From: Chrysochromulina tobinii
Taxonomy: Eukaryota
Direction of reading: 5' to 3'
Assembly: GCA_001275005.1 (NCBI GenBank)
Contig: JWZX01003055.1
Location: 1-38,052, forward strand
DNA length: 38,052 bases
Every line of letters starts with the position of its first letter. Within the stretch, counting starts at the first letter, position 1. Of the stretch, positions 27,201 to 38,052 are shown in pieces. Under the pieces are notes generated by a model. The model searched no databases and was not told the origin of the DNA. It worked only from the letters and a program-made list of their open reading frames with translations. Both the position numbers and the translations under genes were made by a program.

Positions 27201-30200
27201 TTGCAGGGCATCCGTGCCGGCAAGGCTCGATTCGTGTTCGAGGAGGAGGAGATTAATCTCGTCACCACGATCGGCGCGTGGATCACGATGAACCCCGGCT
27301 ACGCCGGCCGCGCCGAGCTGCCCGAGAACCTCAAGGCGCTCTTCCGCCCATGTGCGATGGTCACGCCCAACTTTGAGAACATCGCCGAGATCAACCTCGC
27401 CGGCGAGGGCTTCAACGATTCGAAGAACCTCGCCAACAAGTTCGTGACCATGTACTACGTGTGCGGCCAGCTGCTCTCGAAGCAGATGCACTACGATTGG
27501 GGTCTGCGTGCCATGTCGGGCGTGCTGCGCATTGCGGGTGGCATGAAGCGAGCGGACCCCGAAAAGTCAGAGCAGCAGATTCTGATGCGTGCGATGCGCG
27601 ACACGAACCTGCCCAAGTTCGTGCAGGCCGACTTCGGCATCTTCCTCGGCGTGATCACCGACCTGTATCCCAAAGTGGACTGCCCCGCCATCATCAACCC
27701 GGACTTGAAAAAGGCCATCATGGACGTTATCGCCGACAAGGAGACGTCTTATTGGGGCACTCTCGGCCGGCCGCGGCTCCAGGCCGAGGAGAACTTCGTC
27801 ATCAAGACGATCAACCTCTTCGAGGCCCTCTCGGTGCGCCACTGCGTCTTCGTGCTCGGCACCGCCGGTGCCGCAAAGTCCGAGCTGTGGAAGACGCTCG
27901 CCGCGGCGCAGTCCTTCACGTCCATGGGCGGCGGTAACACGCTGTACAATCCACTCAACCCGAAGGCCGTCACCTCCAACGAGCTCTACGGCTACGTGCA
28001 CCCGGTGACCAAGGAGCCGTACGACGGCGTGATCGCCAAGATTATGCGCGACTTCGCTGCGGTGCCGCCCGATCACAAGAACGCGAATGTGCCCAAGTGG
28101 ATGGTGCTCGACGGCGACATCGACGCCGAGTGGATCGAGTCGATGAATACTGTGATGGACGACAACCGCATCCTGACGCTCACCACCAACGAGCGCATCC
28201 CGCTGACCAAGTCGATGAAGCTGCTGCTTGAGATCTCGCACCTTCGCAACGCGTCGCCGGCGACCGCCTCGCGCGCTGGCTGCGTCTTCCTCAACGAGAG
28301 CGATATCGGCTGGCGCCCGTACGTGGCGATGTGGGTTGAGACGATGGGCGACTCCAAGACGCAGACCATCCTTGAGCAGCTCTTCGACACGCTCGTCGCC
28401 CCGACGCTCTCGATGATCAAGAAGGAGAAGTGGAATCACGTGACGCCCCTCAAGGACCTCGGGATCGTCGAGGTCATCTGCCGCATCCTCGAGGCGGTGC
28501 TCACGCCTGAGGCGTGCCCTCCCGGCTCGGAGAGGGAGGTGTACGAGGCCTTCTTCCAATTTGCGGCCGTGTGGGGTATCGGCGGCGCCTTCGGCTCCGA
28601 CAAGGGCGCCGACTTCCGCAAGCAATTCGACAGCTACTGGCGCACCGAATTCGCGAAGCTCACGATGCGCTTCCCCGACGAGGGCAGCATCTTCGACTAT
28701 TACATCGACCCGACCACGAAAAAGGGGGAGCCCAAGCGGTGCACCCACTGGCGTGAGATCGTGCCCGGGTACACGCACGACCGCGCCGAGTCGTACGCTC
28801 GCATCTTCGTGCCCACGCTCGACTCGACGCGACTGCTCTGGTTCTCGACGACGATGCTCAAGCTCAAGAAGCCGATCATGTACGTCGGCAACTCGGGCTC
28901 CGCCAAGACGGTGATCGCCAACGTGCTGCTCCGCGGCCTCGACGAGGATGTGTGGATGTACAACATCATCTCGTTCAACTCGTTCACCATCGCCGCGTCG
29001 CTGCAGGGAATGCTCGAGGCGCCGCTTGAGAAGAAGACGGGCACCATCTTTGGCCCGCCAGGCATCAAGAAGCTCATCTATTTCATCGACGACTTCAACA
29101 TGCCCTCGCCCGACAAGTACGGCAACCAGTCGTCCATCTCTCTTCTGAACCAGCTCAAAGACTACGGCGGCTTCTATGACCTCAAGGGCCTCCGCATGAA
29201 GCGCATCGACAACACGCTGGTGGTCGCGGCCATGAACCCATCCTCGGGCTCCTTCTACGTCCAGGATCGCATGCAGCGCCACTTCTGCACGCTCGCGACG
29301 CCGTTCCCCTCTCCCGAGGTGCTCACCAACATCTACTCGAACATCATGGGCGGCCACTTTGAGACCTTCAACGAGGGGATTCAAGCCGTGCTGCCCAAGC
29401 TGATCAGCTTTCAGGTGGCGCTCCACAACCAGGTCGCCGAGAACTTCGTGCCCTCGGCCGTCAAGTTCCACTACCAGTGGAACCTGCGCGCGATGGCGTC
29501 CGTCTTCCAGGGCCTCATCATCACGCAGCCCGGCACATACAAGGACCCGCTCCGAATGGCGCGCCTGCTGCTGCACGAGGCGTACCGCGTCTACTCGGAC
29601 CGGATGGTCTTCGAATCGGACTGCGAGAAGTTCCAGGAGCTCATCATCAAGAACGTCAAGCAATTCTTGGGCGATCTTGACCAGGAGGCCCTGCTCACGT
29701 ACCCCATCGTCTACTCAACCTTCGTCGAGGAGGCCGAGGGCGATCAGAGACAGTACCTGCCCGTCGAGGGCGGCTACGAGCAGCTCTCCAAGCTGCTCAC
29801 CAAGCAGCTCGCCATGTACAACGAGCAGTTTGCGATGATGAACCTCGTGCTCTTCAACCAGGCGATGGAGCACATCTCGCGCATCTCGCGCATCATCGAC
29901 AACCCGCGCGGCAACGGCCTGCTCGTGGGCGTGGGCGGCAGCGGCAAGCAGTCGCTCACGCGCCTCGCCGCCTTCATCGGCGGCTGCGAGATCTTCTCGA
30001 TCAAGCTCACGAGCTCGTACAATGCAGCCGACTTCAAGGAAGACCTGCGCAACATCTACTTGAAGACGGGCGTCAAGGCGATTCCGACCGTCTTCCTCTT
30101 CACGGACCAACAGATCTTCCACGAGAATGCGCTCATCTTCCTCAACGACATCCTCTCGCTCGGCTACCCGCCCGGCCTCTTCGCCGAGGAGGACCGCGAC

Positions 30201-33200
30201 ACCATCTGCAACGGCGTGCGCAACGACGCGAAGCAGGCGGGCTACATGGATTCGAAAGAGCAGCTCTGGGAGTTTTTCATCAACCGCGTGCGCGCGATGC
30301 TGCACATTTGCCTGTGCATGTCGCCCGTCGGCGACAAGATGCGCAACCGGTGCCGCAAGTTCCCGGCGCTCACGTCCTGCACGACGTGCGACTGGTTCTT
30401 CAACTGGCCCCAGCAGGCGCTCATCTCCGTCGCCGAGCGCTTCCTGAGCGACATCCCGATGGAGAGCCCGGAGGTCAAGAAGGCCACCGGCGACCACATG
30501 GCCTTCGTGCACGAGTCGGTCGGCGTGGCGGCGGAGGAGTACCGCGCGTCCGAGCGTCGCGAGGTGTACACGACGCCCAAGTCTTACCTCGAGCTGATCG
30601 CGCTGTACAAGGACGAGCTGCTCAAGAACCGCAGCACGCTGCAGGTGCTCAAGGACCAGCTGGCCGAGGGTCTGATCAAGCTCGCCGACGCCGAGCAGCA
30701 GGTGGCCGACATGCAGATCACGCTCAAGGAGGAGTCGGCCTTTGTGGCGGTTAAGTCCAAGGAGACGGACGAGCTCATTATTGTGGTGGGCAAGGAGTCG
30801 ATCGTTGCGACGGAGGAGGGCGCCAAGGCCGCCATCGAGGAGGCCGAGGTCGCCGAGATTGCTAAGGGCGTCGCCGAGTTCCAGGTGCAGGCCAACAAGG
30901 ACCTCGCCGCGGCCGAGCCCGCCATCCAGAAGGCCATGGCAGCGCTCGGCGGTCTCAACAAGGCCGCTCTCGGCGAGCTCAAGGGTCTCGGCTCTCCGCC
31001 CGCTGCCGTGCTCGACGTGACCGCGGCGGTATCCTACATGCTCGCCCCCAAGGGAGCCAACCTCAAGAAGCTCGACATCACGTGGAACGGCGCCAAGAAG
31101 ATGATGGGCGACCCGGCAGCGTTCCTCGTCCTGCTGCAGAACTACGACAAGGACGGCTTCGACCTCGCAGCCAAGGCGATGGTACGCGCGTACACTGGCA
31201 CCATCCCCGACCCCAAGGGGGAGAACCCGATGGGGCTGACCATGGGCCACCCCAGCGGCAACGGCGACGCCTGCCCCACGTTCAACTTCGCGTACATGGC
31301 GGGCAAGTCGTCCGCGGCGGCTGGCTTGTGCGACTGGATCGTCAACATCTGCATCTACCACGACATCTACCTCGACGTCGCGCCCAAGCGTGCCAAGCTC
31401 AACCAGGCCGAGGCAGACCTCGCCGCGGCCAACAAGAAGCTCGCGGGCGTGCGGGCGCACGTCAAGGCGCTCGACGACCGGATGGCCTTCTTGACCAACC
31501 AACTCGAGACAGCGACGAGCGAGAAGAACGCGCTCGTCACCAAGGCCGAGGCGACGCAGAAGCGCGCGAACCTGGCCAACCGCCTCATCAACGGTCTCAG
31601 CTCGGAGGGCAAACGCTGGAAGGAGGACGTGGGCAAGCTCGATGAACAGATGCGCTTGCTCGTCGGCGACGTGCTGCTCTCCTCCTCCTTCGTCGCGTAC
31701 ATTGCGCCCTTCTCGCGTCAGTTCCGCGACGCCCTTGTGGACGAGAAGTGGAGGCCCGACATGCTCGCGCGCGGCGTGCCGCTCACCGCGGGCTTCGATC
31801 CGATGAACTTGCTCACCGATTCGTCGAAGACGGCCGGCTGGCAGGCGGAGGGGCTGCCCGCGGACCCACTCTCGACGCAGAACGCGTCGATCATCTGCAA
31901 GTGCGCTCGCTTCCCGCTCATCATCGACCCGCAGATGCAGGCCGTTGCGTGGATCAACGGGCGCGAGAAACCCAACGGCCTCGTCACCACCGTGCCAGGC
32001 GCCAAGGGCTGGCTCAACAAGGTGGCCAAAGCGCTCGAGGAGGGCTTGCCGCTGCTGCTCGAGAACTTGAACAGCGTTGTCGAGGCCATCCTCGACAACC
32101 TCGTCGCGCGCGCGTACGTGCGCAAGGGCACGAAGGTGCAGGTGTACCTCGGCGACATGTGCGTCGACCTCTGCCTCAAAAAGGGTCCGGACGGTTTGGC
32201 GCTCGAGTCGGGCGAGCCGAACATCAAGGTGTACATGCAGTCTCGTCTGCCCAACCCGCACTACATCCCCGAGGTGCAGGCACAGACGACGCTCGTCAAC
32301 TTCACCGTGACCGAGAAGGGCCTCGAGGACCAGCTGCTAAGCACGGTCGTGGGGCACGAGCGTCCTGACCTGCTCAAGGAAGCCAAGGAGCTCGTCGAGA
32401 TGCAGAACGGCTTCACGATCAAGCTCAAGGAGCTCGGCGACAACCTGCTCTACCTTCTCGCGACCGCCCAGGGCGACATCCTAGCCAACGAGGCGCTCAT
32501 CGTCACGCTCGAGGAGACCAAGGTCACCGTCGGGGAGATCAACGCGAAGCAGGTCATCGCCAACAAGAAGGAGGTTGAGATCGCCAAGACATTTGAGCTC
32601 TACCGCCCAGACGCTGCGCGCGGCTCGCTCATCTACTTTTTGATGAACAAGCTGAACGTGATGGGGCCCATGTACCAGTACTCGCTCGCCGCCTTCAACT
32701 TCATCTTCTACAAGGCGCTCGACAAGGCACAGCAGCCCGAGGACCCCAACGACGTCTCGGCGCGCGTGGGCTTTCTTCTCGACTCGGTGACGTACACGCT
32801 CTTCAAGTTCGTCTCGTCCGGCCTCTTCGAGCGCCACCGTCTCACCTTCTCGACGCAGCTCGCGATCAACATCTGCCGTGCCAAGGGCGAGTTCCGGATG
32901 ATGGAGCTTGACCTGATGGTGCAGGCGCCCAAGGACAACTCCAAGGAGAACCCGGTGGCCGCGTGGCTGACCGACCAGTGCTGGGGCGCGTGCTGCGCAC
33001 TCGCGCAGGCGCACGAGGAGTTTACCAACCTGCCAACGGACCTCGAGGGCTCCTGGAAGCGTTGGAAGGAGTGGGCAGATCACCCGACGCCCGAGCTCGA
33101 GCCGCTGCCCACCGATTGGAAGCGTCTGGGCGGCTTCCAGCAGCTGCTCCTCATGCGTGCCGTCCGGCCCGACCGCATCACGCTCGCGCTGCGCACTTGG

Positions 33201-35069
33201 GTCATCTCGATCCTCGGTGCGCCCTACGGTGAGGCGATCAACTTCAACCTGCCCGTCTCCTTCGAGGACTCGGGCCCGGCGGTGCCCATCTTCTTCCTGC
33301 TCTCGCCCGGCGTGGACGCGACCCAGGAGGTGCGTGTGCTCGGCAATGCACAGCCGATCAAGATGAACGAGGACGCCGGTCGTCTCATCACCGTCTCGCT
33401 CGGCCAGGGCCAGGAGCCCGTCGCCGAGAAGGCGCTCGATCGCATGCACACCGAGGGCGGCTGGGCGATGCTTGAGAACATCGAGCTCGTCGCCGGCTGG
33501 CTGCCCAAGCTCGAGAAGAAGCTCGAGGCTCTCGAGACGGACGGCGATCCGCTCTTCCGCGTCTTCCTCTCGGCGATGCCCCAGCCCGTCGTGCCCGTGC
33601 CCATCCTGCAAAAGTCGATCAAGCTCACCAACGAGCCGCCGACCGGCCTCAAGGCCAACCTGAAGCGCGCGTACCTCAACTTTGGCGAGAGCCTCTGGGA
33701 GGCTTCATCGAAGCAGTCCGAGTTCAAGGCGATCGTCTTCTCGCTCTGCTTCTTCCACTCGGTCGTGTGCGAGCGGCGCAAATTCGGCCCGCTCGGCTGG
33801 AATCGTGCGTACCCCTTCGCCCCAGGCGACCTCAAGGACTCGATCGCCGTCGCCAACAACTACCTCGAGGCGGGCGGCGCGATCCCGTGGGCTGACTTGC
33901 GCTACCTATTCGGCGAGGTCTTCTACGGCGGCCACATCACCGACAACTACGACCGCGCGCTCTGCGAGGCGTACCTGGCCGTGTACTTGCGCTTCGAGCT
34001 GCTCGAGGGCATCGCCATGTTCCCCGGCTTTGCGTCACCGCCCACGCTCACGTACAAGGGTTACCTCGAGTACCTCGACGAGGGCCTCGATCGCGAGACG
34101 CCCATTGCGTACGGCCTGCACCCGAACGCCGAGATCAACTTCATGACGATGCAGGCCAACCAGCTCTTCACAGACATCTCCAACCTGTCGCCCAAGGGCG
34201 GCGGCGGCGGCGAGGGCGGCCTTTCCATGACCGAGAAGGTCAAGCTGGTCCTCGACGACATCCTCGAGAAGCTGCCAGACCTGTTCCCGATGCTCGAGAT
34301 TATGGAGCGTGTGGAGGACGTGACGCCGTACACGGGCGTCTTCCTGCAGGAGCTCGAGCGCATGAACGACCTAATCTTCGAGGTACGCCGCTCGCTCATC
34401 GAGCTCGACAGCGGCCTTAAGGGCGACCTGTCGATCACCGAGCCGATGGAGCTCATCATGTACGCGCTCGCGGACGGCAAGGTGCCCATGAAGTGGGAGA
34501 AGCTCGCATGGGCCTCGCGCGATCCGCTCTCCGCATGGATCGCCAACCTGCTTCTGCGCCAGGGCCAGCTCCTGACGTGGACCGGCGACCTGGCGCAGCC
34601 CAAGGTCACGTGGGTCGCTTATCTCTTCAACGCACAGGCCTTTGAGAACGCGGTCAAGCAGGTGACGAGCCGCAAGAACGACTGGCCTCTCAACAAGCTC
34701 GTGACGATCGTCGACGTGACGAAGAAGATGTCGCCAGAGGAGGTCGACGTGCAGACCCGCGATGGTGCGTACGTGTTTGGCTTGTTCATGGAGGGTGCGC
34801 GCTGGGACTCGGGGGCGGGCTGCCTCGAGGACGCATTCATGAAGGACCTGTACCCGAAGATGCCTGTCATCCTGATGAAGGCCATCCTCGCCGAGAAGGA
34901 GGATCGGCGCGGAGTCTACCTGTGCCCTGTGTACAAGCAGACGGAGCGCGCGACCCCTGGCACGGCCACCCCTGGCTCGGGCTTCGTCTTCATGATGCAG
35001 CTCAAGACCAAGCAGCCCGCGGCCAAGTGGACCATGGCCGGCGTCGCCATGCTCCTCGCCATCGACTAG
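21288..35069 (+). CDS. ODA4: Axonemal dynein heavy chain, outer-arm beta type (DNAH9/11/17-like); exons 21288-21920 and 22011-35069, about 4563 aa
   Basis: P1 GPAGTGKTETTKDLG (26982), WGCFDEFNRI, ITMNPGYAGRAELPENLKALFRP, YDWGLRA, LDGDIDAEWIESMNTVMDDN, P4 GVGGSGKQ, stalk KSSAAAGLCDW, and C-terminal CPVYK..KWTMAGVAMLL. The N-terminal tail has no kelch domain, which favours beta over alpha. The subtype symbol is less certain than the dynein call. Confidence 0.95.
21921..22010 (+). other. Dynein intron (90 nt, phase 0)
   Basis: GTGCGC donor, CTGAT branch-like site and CCGCAG acceptor; contains an in-frame TGA; joins WTERINT|ALNRDPES. Confidence 0.9.
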
Positions 35070-35191
35070 AGAGGGCGAGCCACATCGACGATCGCGGACA
35101 CCGGTGCGCTTGTCACGGCGCTCATCGTGGCGAGCCACCTGTACCGTGTGGCGAGGTGTGAGAGTCGAGTGCGGATTGTATCGCTCGGTGA

Positions 35192-35340
35192 AAACGGCGT
35201 GTCGTGTTCGCGCTCATAATATTCGTGCACGAAAAACATTAGCAAGCCGTACCGTGCATGTACATTTAGTACACTTGTGACTTGAAGACAGAATACGATC
35301 GTGGTGCCGGGTTCTCGGTCTGAGTCAACATACATACTGG
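35192..35340. repeat. 149-bp exact direct repeat, copy 1
   Basis: Identical to 36026-36174 (offset 834) by base-by-base reading. Confidence 0.95.
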
Positions 35341-35883
35341 GGGGGCGGAACTACTGTACAGTACTGTACATGTACTGTGGGAGCGCGAGGCGTCGACAAC
35401 GCGCATCGGCTTCACCGCCAGGTTGCCGCAGCGACGCAGGACTTTGATGTCCGCGGCCGACCGATGGGTGCTCGCATGGCTCATCAGGAGCGCGATCGTC
35501 GCCTGGGGGCAGTCTGGCGTCACAGGCATGAGCTCGAGCACCTCGCGGGCTCGTTTGTCACGCATGTTCATAGCAGGGACCTTGGCAGGCGAGAGCGTGC
35601 TCGTGAGCTTGGACACGGATTCGTTGCGAGCGAGCGCGAGCCATCGTCGGCCGAGCACCTCGAGGTGCACCGCGGGCGAAGGGCTGTGTTTGAGCAGCAC
35701 ATCGACCACTTGCTGCACGATGGCTTTGGTGTCCACATCGATGGGACTCGGCGACGGCTCGCACGCCATCGGAACGGGCGGCTGATTCGGAAGGGTACCG
35801 AGCGCATTGGTAAACGACTCGAAGTCGGTGTGCTGGGTGGCGAGCATGGCGACGAGGAGGAGGCAGACGAGGCAGCAGCACAT
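35266..35883 (-). CDS. Hypothetical membrane-anchored/secreted protein fragment whose C-terminus reads into repeat copy 1 (possible chimeric or truncated gene)
   Basis: ATG 35883 MCCCLVCLLLVAMLA (hydrophobic) followed by a Pro-rich stem. Coding-like composition ends at about 35380; the last ~24 residues derive from the duplicated AT-richer segment. Confidence 0.4.
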   Translation of the reverse strand: MCCCLVCLLLVAMLATQHTDFESFTNALGTLPNQPPVPMACEPSPSPIDVDTKAIVQQVVDVLLKHSPSPAVHLEVLGRRWLALARNESVSKLTSTLSPAKVPAMNMRDKRAREVLELMPVTPDCPQATIALLMSHASTHRSAADIKVLRRCGNLAVKPMRVVDASRSHSTCTVLYSSSAPPVCMLTQTENPAPRSYSVFKSQVY

Positions 35884-36025
35884 GCAAAATGCTTGCGAGT
35901 GCGCCCACGAAAGACCTGCGAGACCGGAAGGTCGCAGCTCAGAGTAAACGTTTGGTTTGTTTCCTTTTTTATCGACTAACAACACGGCCGCACTGGAATT
36001 TGGTCACATACTAGCTAGCAGCTGT

Positions 36026-36174
36026 AAACGGCGTGTCGTGTTCGCGCTCATAATATTCGTGCACGAAAAACATTAGCAAGCCGTACCGTGCATGTACATT
36101 TAGTACACTTGTGACTTGAAGACAGAATACGATCGTGGTGCCGGGTTCTCGGTCTGAGTCAACATACATACTGG
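36026..36174. repeat. 149-bp exact direct repeat, copy 2 (in the probable 3' UTR/terminator of the IQ gene)
   Basis: Identical to 35192-35340; lies 86-234 nt downstream of the TAA at 36260. Confidence 0.95.
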
Positions 36175-36259
36175 AGACTCTCTCCACAATCTATCCGTAA
36201 TCCGACCTCCGGTTGATGTAGCTACCACGTCGTCGTCGGCGTCCTGGTGGTCGTCGGAC

Positions 36260-38050
36260 TTAGGGGTCGAGGCGCCCTGAATATCTCGGCCTGAGGAGCT
36301 TCGGTCGAGTTTGCGCGATCGCGCTGGCGAGCTCGACCCACTCCTGCTTACCGTCTCCCTCGTTGAGGAAGAGCACGGGCATCGAAGAGCTGCGTGACAC
36401 GCTCGCGGTTGCAGCCTGCAGCGCCAGCTTGGTTCGATGCCGTTCCAGCACGGGGGGCTTCTTGGGCCAGCGCGAGGCGACATGCACCGGCGGCGACTCG
36501 ACGACGGGCCGTTGGGTGCGGCTACGCGAGCGAGGGGGGATGAGTGGACGCGGTTCCGAGGCACTGTCTTTCAGGGCTGCAGAGTCCGGAATCACCACCG
36601 GCGGTCGGCGGTCATTCTCGACAGGCGTCCTCAGCCGGTTGATGGTGCTGCCAGAGACCGGCGTGCTCGGCACTTCGCGCATGCGCTGGGCCATCAACCC
36701 GGCTGCTGCCGTGGACAGCAAGCCTGAAGCATCGCGATCGACACGCATGTCCACCGACCACGCTGTCCCGTCCGATTCCCAGCTCCAGGCACCGCTGAGT
36801 GCGCCAAAATTGTACGCACGCCGCGTTGTTGCCGATAGAGCTGCGGATTTTCGGTGGGGCTCAAAGACAATCGGTCTAGTCAGCCCCATACCGCTCTGGG
36901 GACGTGTCCATCGGGGGGCGCGCAAACGTGCGGACGGGTCCCTCGGTGTCGACGGGCGACCGCAGTCTGCATCGCGATTCGAATCGCAGAGGCTTGCCGC
37001 CGATGAGCCAGGGCTCACGAGCGAGCGAGCGGGTGCCCCCGACTTGCCAGCAAAGTCGGACTCCCATGTATACATGTAGGCCGACAAGGCGCCGAGGCTG
37101 ATCGGGCCTTGCTGCTGGCTCCGACCCGGGCTCCGACCCGGACTCCGACTCGGACTCCGCGTGGCGGCTTGGTGTTGCCGTCTCGTCCCTCGAGAGGTCC
37201 CAAGCGCTGATGCAGTTGGCAAGGGTCGACCCTGCCGGTGGGCTACCTTGCTGCGGAGGGCTCGGAATCGTAGCTGGATGAACAGCGCCGCAGAGCATGC
37301 GATTGCCAAAAGACGTCGGGCTGCCAAACGTCGAGCGTTCGCCTGGATTTGGACCAGAGCGTGGCGAACGGCTCCGTACTTCGCCTTCGCCAGCAACCCC
37401 CGCGCTTTCGATTGAATCGAGACCGTTGCCTTACGCATCTTATGGACTGATCTCTTCTCCTGTCGCTCCAGCGCCCGCGACGGCTTGACCTTGATACGAA
37501 TTTCCTCGCCACGGTAGTAGAACCGTCCGTGCGGGGAAGGTCCCTCGGTGTGGCAAAGGGGCGACTGATGTCCTGGGCTGCTGCCGGCAGAGATCGCGTC
37601 CTTGCCAGAAGACTCATCCGCTACGCTCACCGACACCCTCGGCGAAGGCAGGTCCCAGACTGCAAAGACGCTGATAGGGCTCGTTCGGCTGTCTGGGCGG
37701 CTTCTCTGCTCTGCTTCATCAGGGCCCTGCCTCGCTCTACTCGTTTTGATCGGGGTACTGCCTCTCGACCCCCATCCGGGCAACAATGGTGGCAGTTCCG
37801 CGGTGCGCCAAGTCTTCGCTTCACCGGATGACGGCGGGCGCGAGAGAAAGATGGGATTGAAGATCACTTCGACCTCGTCGGCACCAGGAAGCAGACCCAC
37901 GGACCCGTACTCAACCGGCGGCTTGGGTGGCTGCGGCTTCGGTGGCGGCGGCTTGGGTGGCGGCGGCTTGGGTGGCGGCGGCGCGGCTGGCGGCGGCGCG
38001 GCTGGCGGCGGCGCGGGTGGCGGCGCGGGTGGCGGCGCGGGTGGCGGCGG
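36260..38050 (-). CDS. Pro-rich, largely disordered protein with three IQ calmodulin-binding motifs (5'-partial)
   Basis: IQ motifs IQSKARGLLAK, IQANARRLAAR and IQLRFRALRSK. The frame stays open upstream of the GTG at 37900 through PPPK/PPPA repeats to the window end. Confidence 0.75.
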   Translation of the reverse strand, partial: PPPPAPPPAPPPAPPPAAPPPAAPPPPKPPPPKPPPPKPQPPKPPVEYGSVGLLPGADEVEVIFNPIFLSRPPSSGEAKTWRTAELPPLLPGWGSRGSTPIKTSRARQGPDEAEQRSRPDSRTSPISVFAVWDLPSPRVSVSVADESSGKDAISAGSSPGHQSPLCHTEGPSPHGRFYYRGEEIRIKVKPSRALERQEKRSVHKMRKATVSIQSKARGLLAKAKYGAVRHALVQIQANARRLAARRLLAIACSAALFIQLRFRALRSKVAHRQGRPLPTASALGTSRGTRRQHQAATRSPSRSPGRSPGRSQQQGPISLGALSAYMYTWESDFAGKSGAPARSLVSPGSSAASLCDSNRDADCGRPSTPRDPSARLRAPRWTRPQSGMGLTRPIVFEPHRKSAALSATTRRAYNFGALSGAWSWESDGTAWSVDMRVDRDASGLLSTAAAGLMAQRMREVPSTPVSGSTINRLRTPVENDRRPPVVIPDSAALKDSASEPRPLIPPRSRSRTQRPVVESPPVHVASRWPKKPPVLERHRTKLALQAATASVSRSSSMPVLFLNEGDGKQEWVELASAIAQTRPKLLRPRYSGRLDP

Positions 38051-38052
38051 TG
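37915..38052 (-). repeat. Low-complexity repeat encoding (PPPA/PPPPK)n
   Basis: Repeated ggtggcggcggcttg / gcgggtggcggc units on the plus strand. Confidence 0.85.

Noticed and set aside
23688..33611. Very long antisense ORFs (684, 698, 848 and 376 aa) opposite dynein, and similar shadow ORFs elsewhere
   Set aside because: Expected from strong GC3 bias, which removes antisense stops; no recognisable motifs.
35192..36174. Canonical LTR retrotransposon
   Set aside because: No TG...CA ends, no PBS, no gag/pol and no visible TSD; kept only as an unexplained duplication.
1..38052. Window ends are reverse complements (caccgccgcc...ggcggcggtg), resembling terminal inverted repeats
   Set aside because: Both ends are proline-codon low-complexity tracts of inward-facing genes, where assemblies typically break; there is no transposon content.

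Overview
Gene-dense, GC-rich eukaryotic DNA with few introns, most consistent with a flagellated alga with a secondary plastid. The intronic 'gattgcatgctgattgcctccctcatcag' repeat suggests a Chrysochromulina-like haptophyte (from recollection, not from a search). The window holds about 12 protein-coding loci. These are: a probably disrupted receptor-like kinase with a candidate MRH lectin ectodomain; an RCC1/IQ protein; a GT-A glycosyltransferase with a degenerate 2OG-oxygenase-like tail; two divergent, probably plastid-targeted genes (a Cys-pair duplicated-domain protein and a Sm_multidrug_ex membrane protein); PP2A B55; an AP2-domain protein; an SLC18B1-like MFS transporter; a secreted vanin/biotinidase with a complete FAD amino-acid/amine oxidase nested inside it; an outer-arm beta-type axonemal dynein heavy chain; a chimeric ORF bracketed by an exact 149-bp direct repeat; and a Pro-rich IQ protein running off the end. 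The most striking observations are (1) a 213-nt intron built as a repeat-spacer array of three identical 29-nt 3' splice-site cassettes separated by copies of the host exons, including the intron-less exon-exon junction; (2) the vanin-oxidase nested fusion lying head-to-head with an amine-type transporter; (3) the MRH-receptor kinase with an in-frame TAG and a frameshift; and (4) the 149-bp duplication flanking an inserted gene fragment. No RNA genes, CRISPR arrays or transposases were recognised. All family calls come from motif reading, not database searches.
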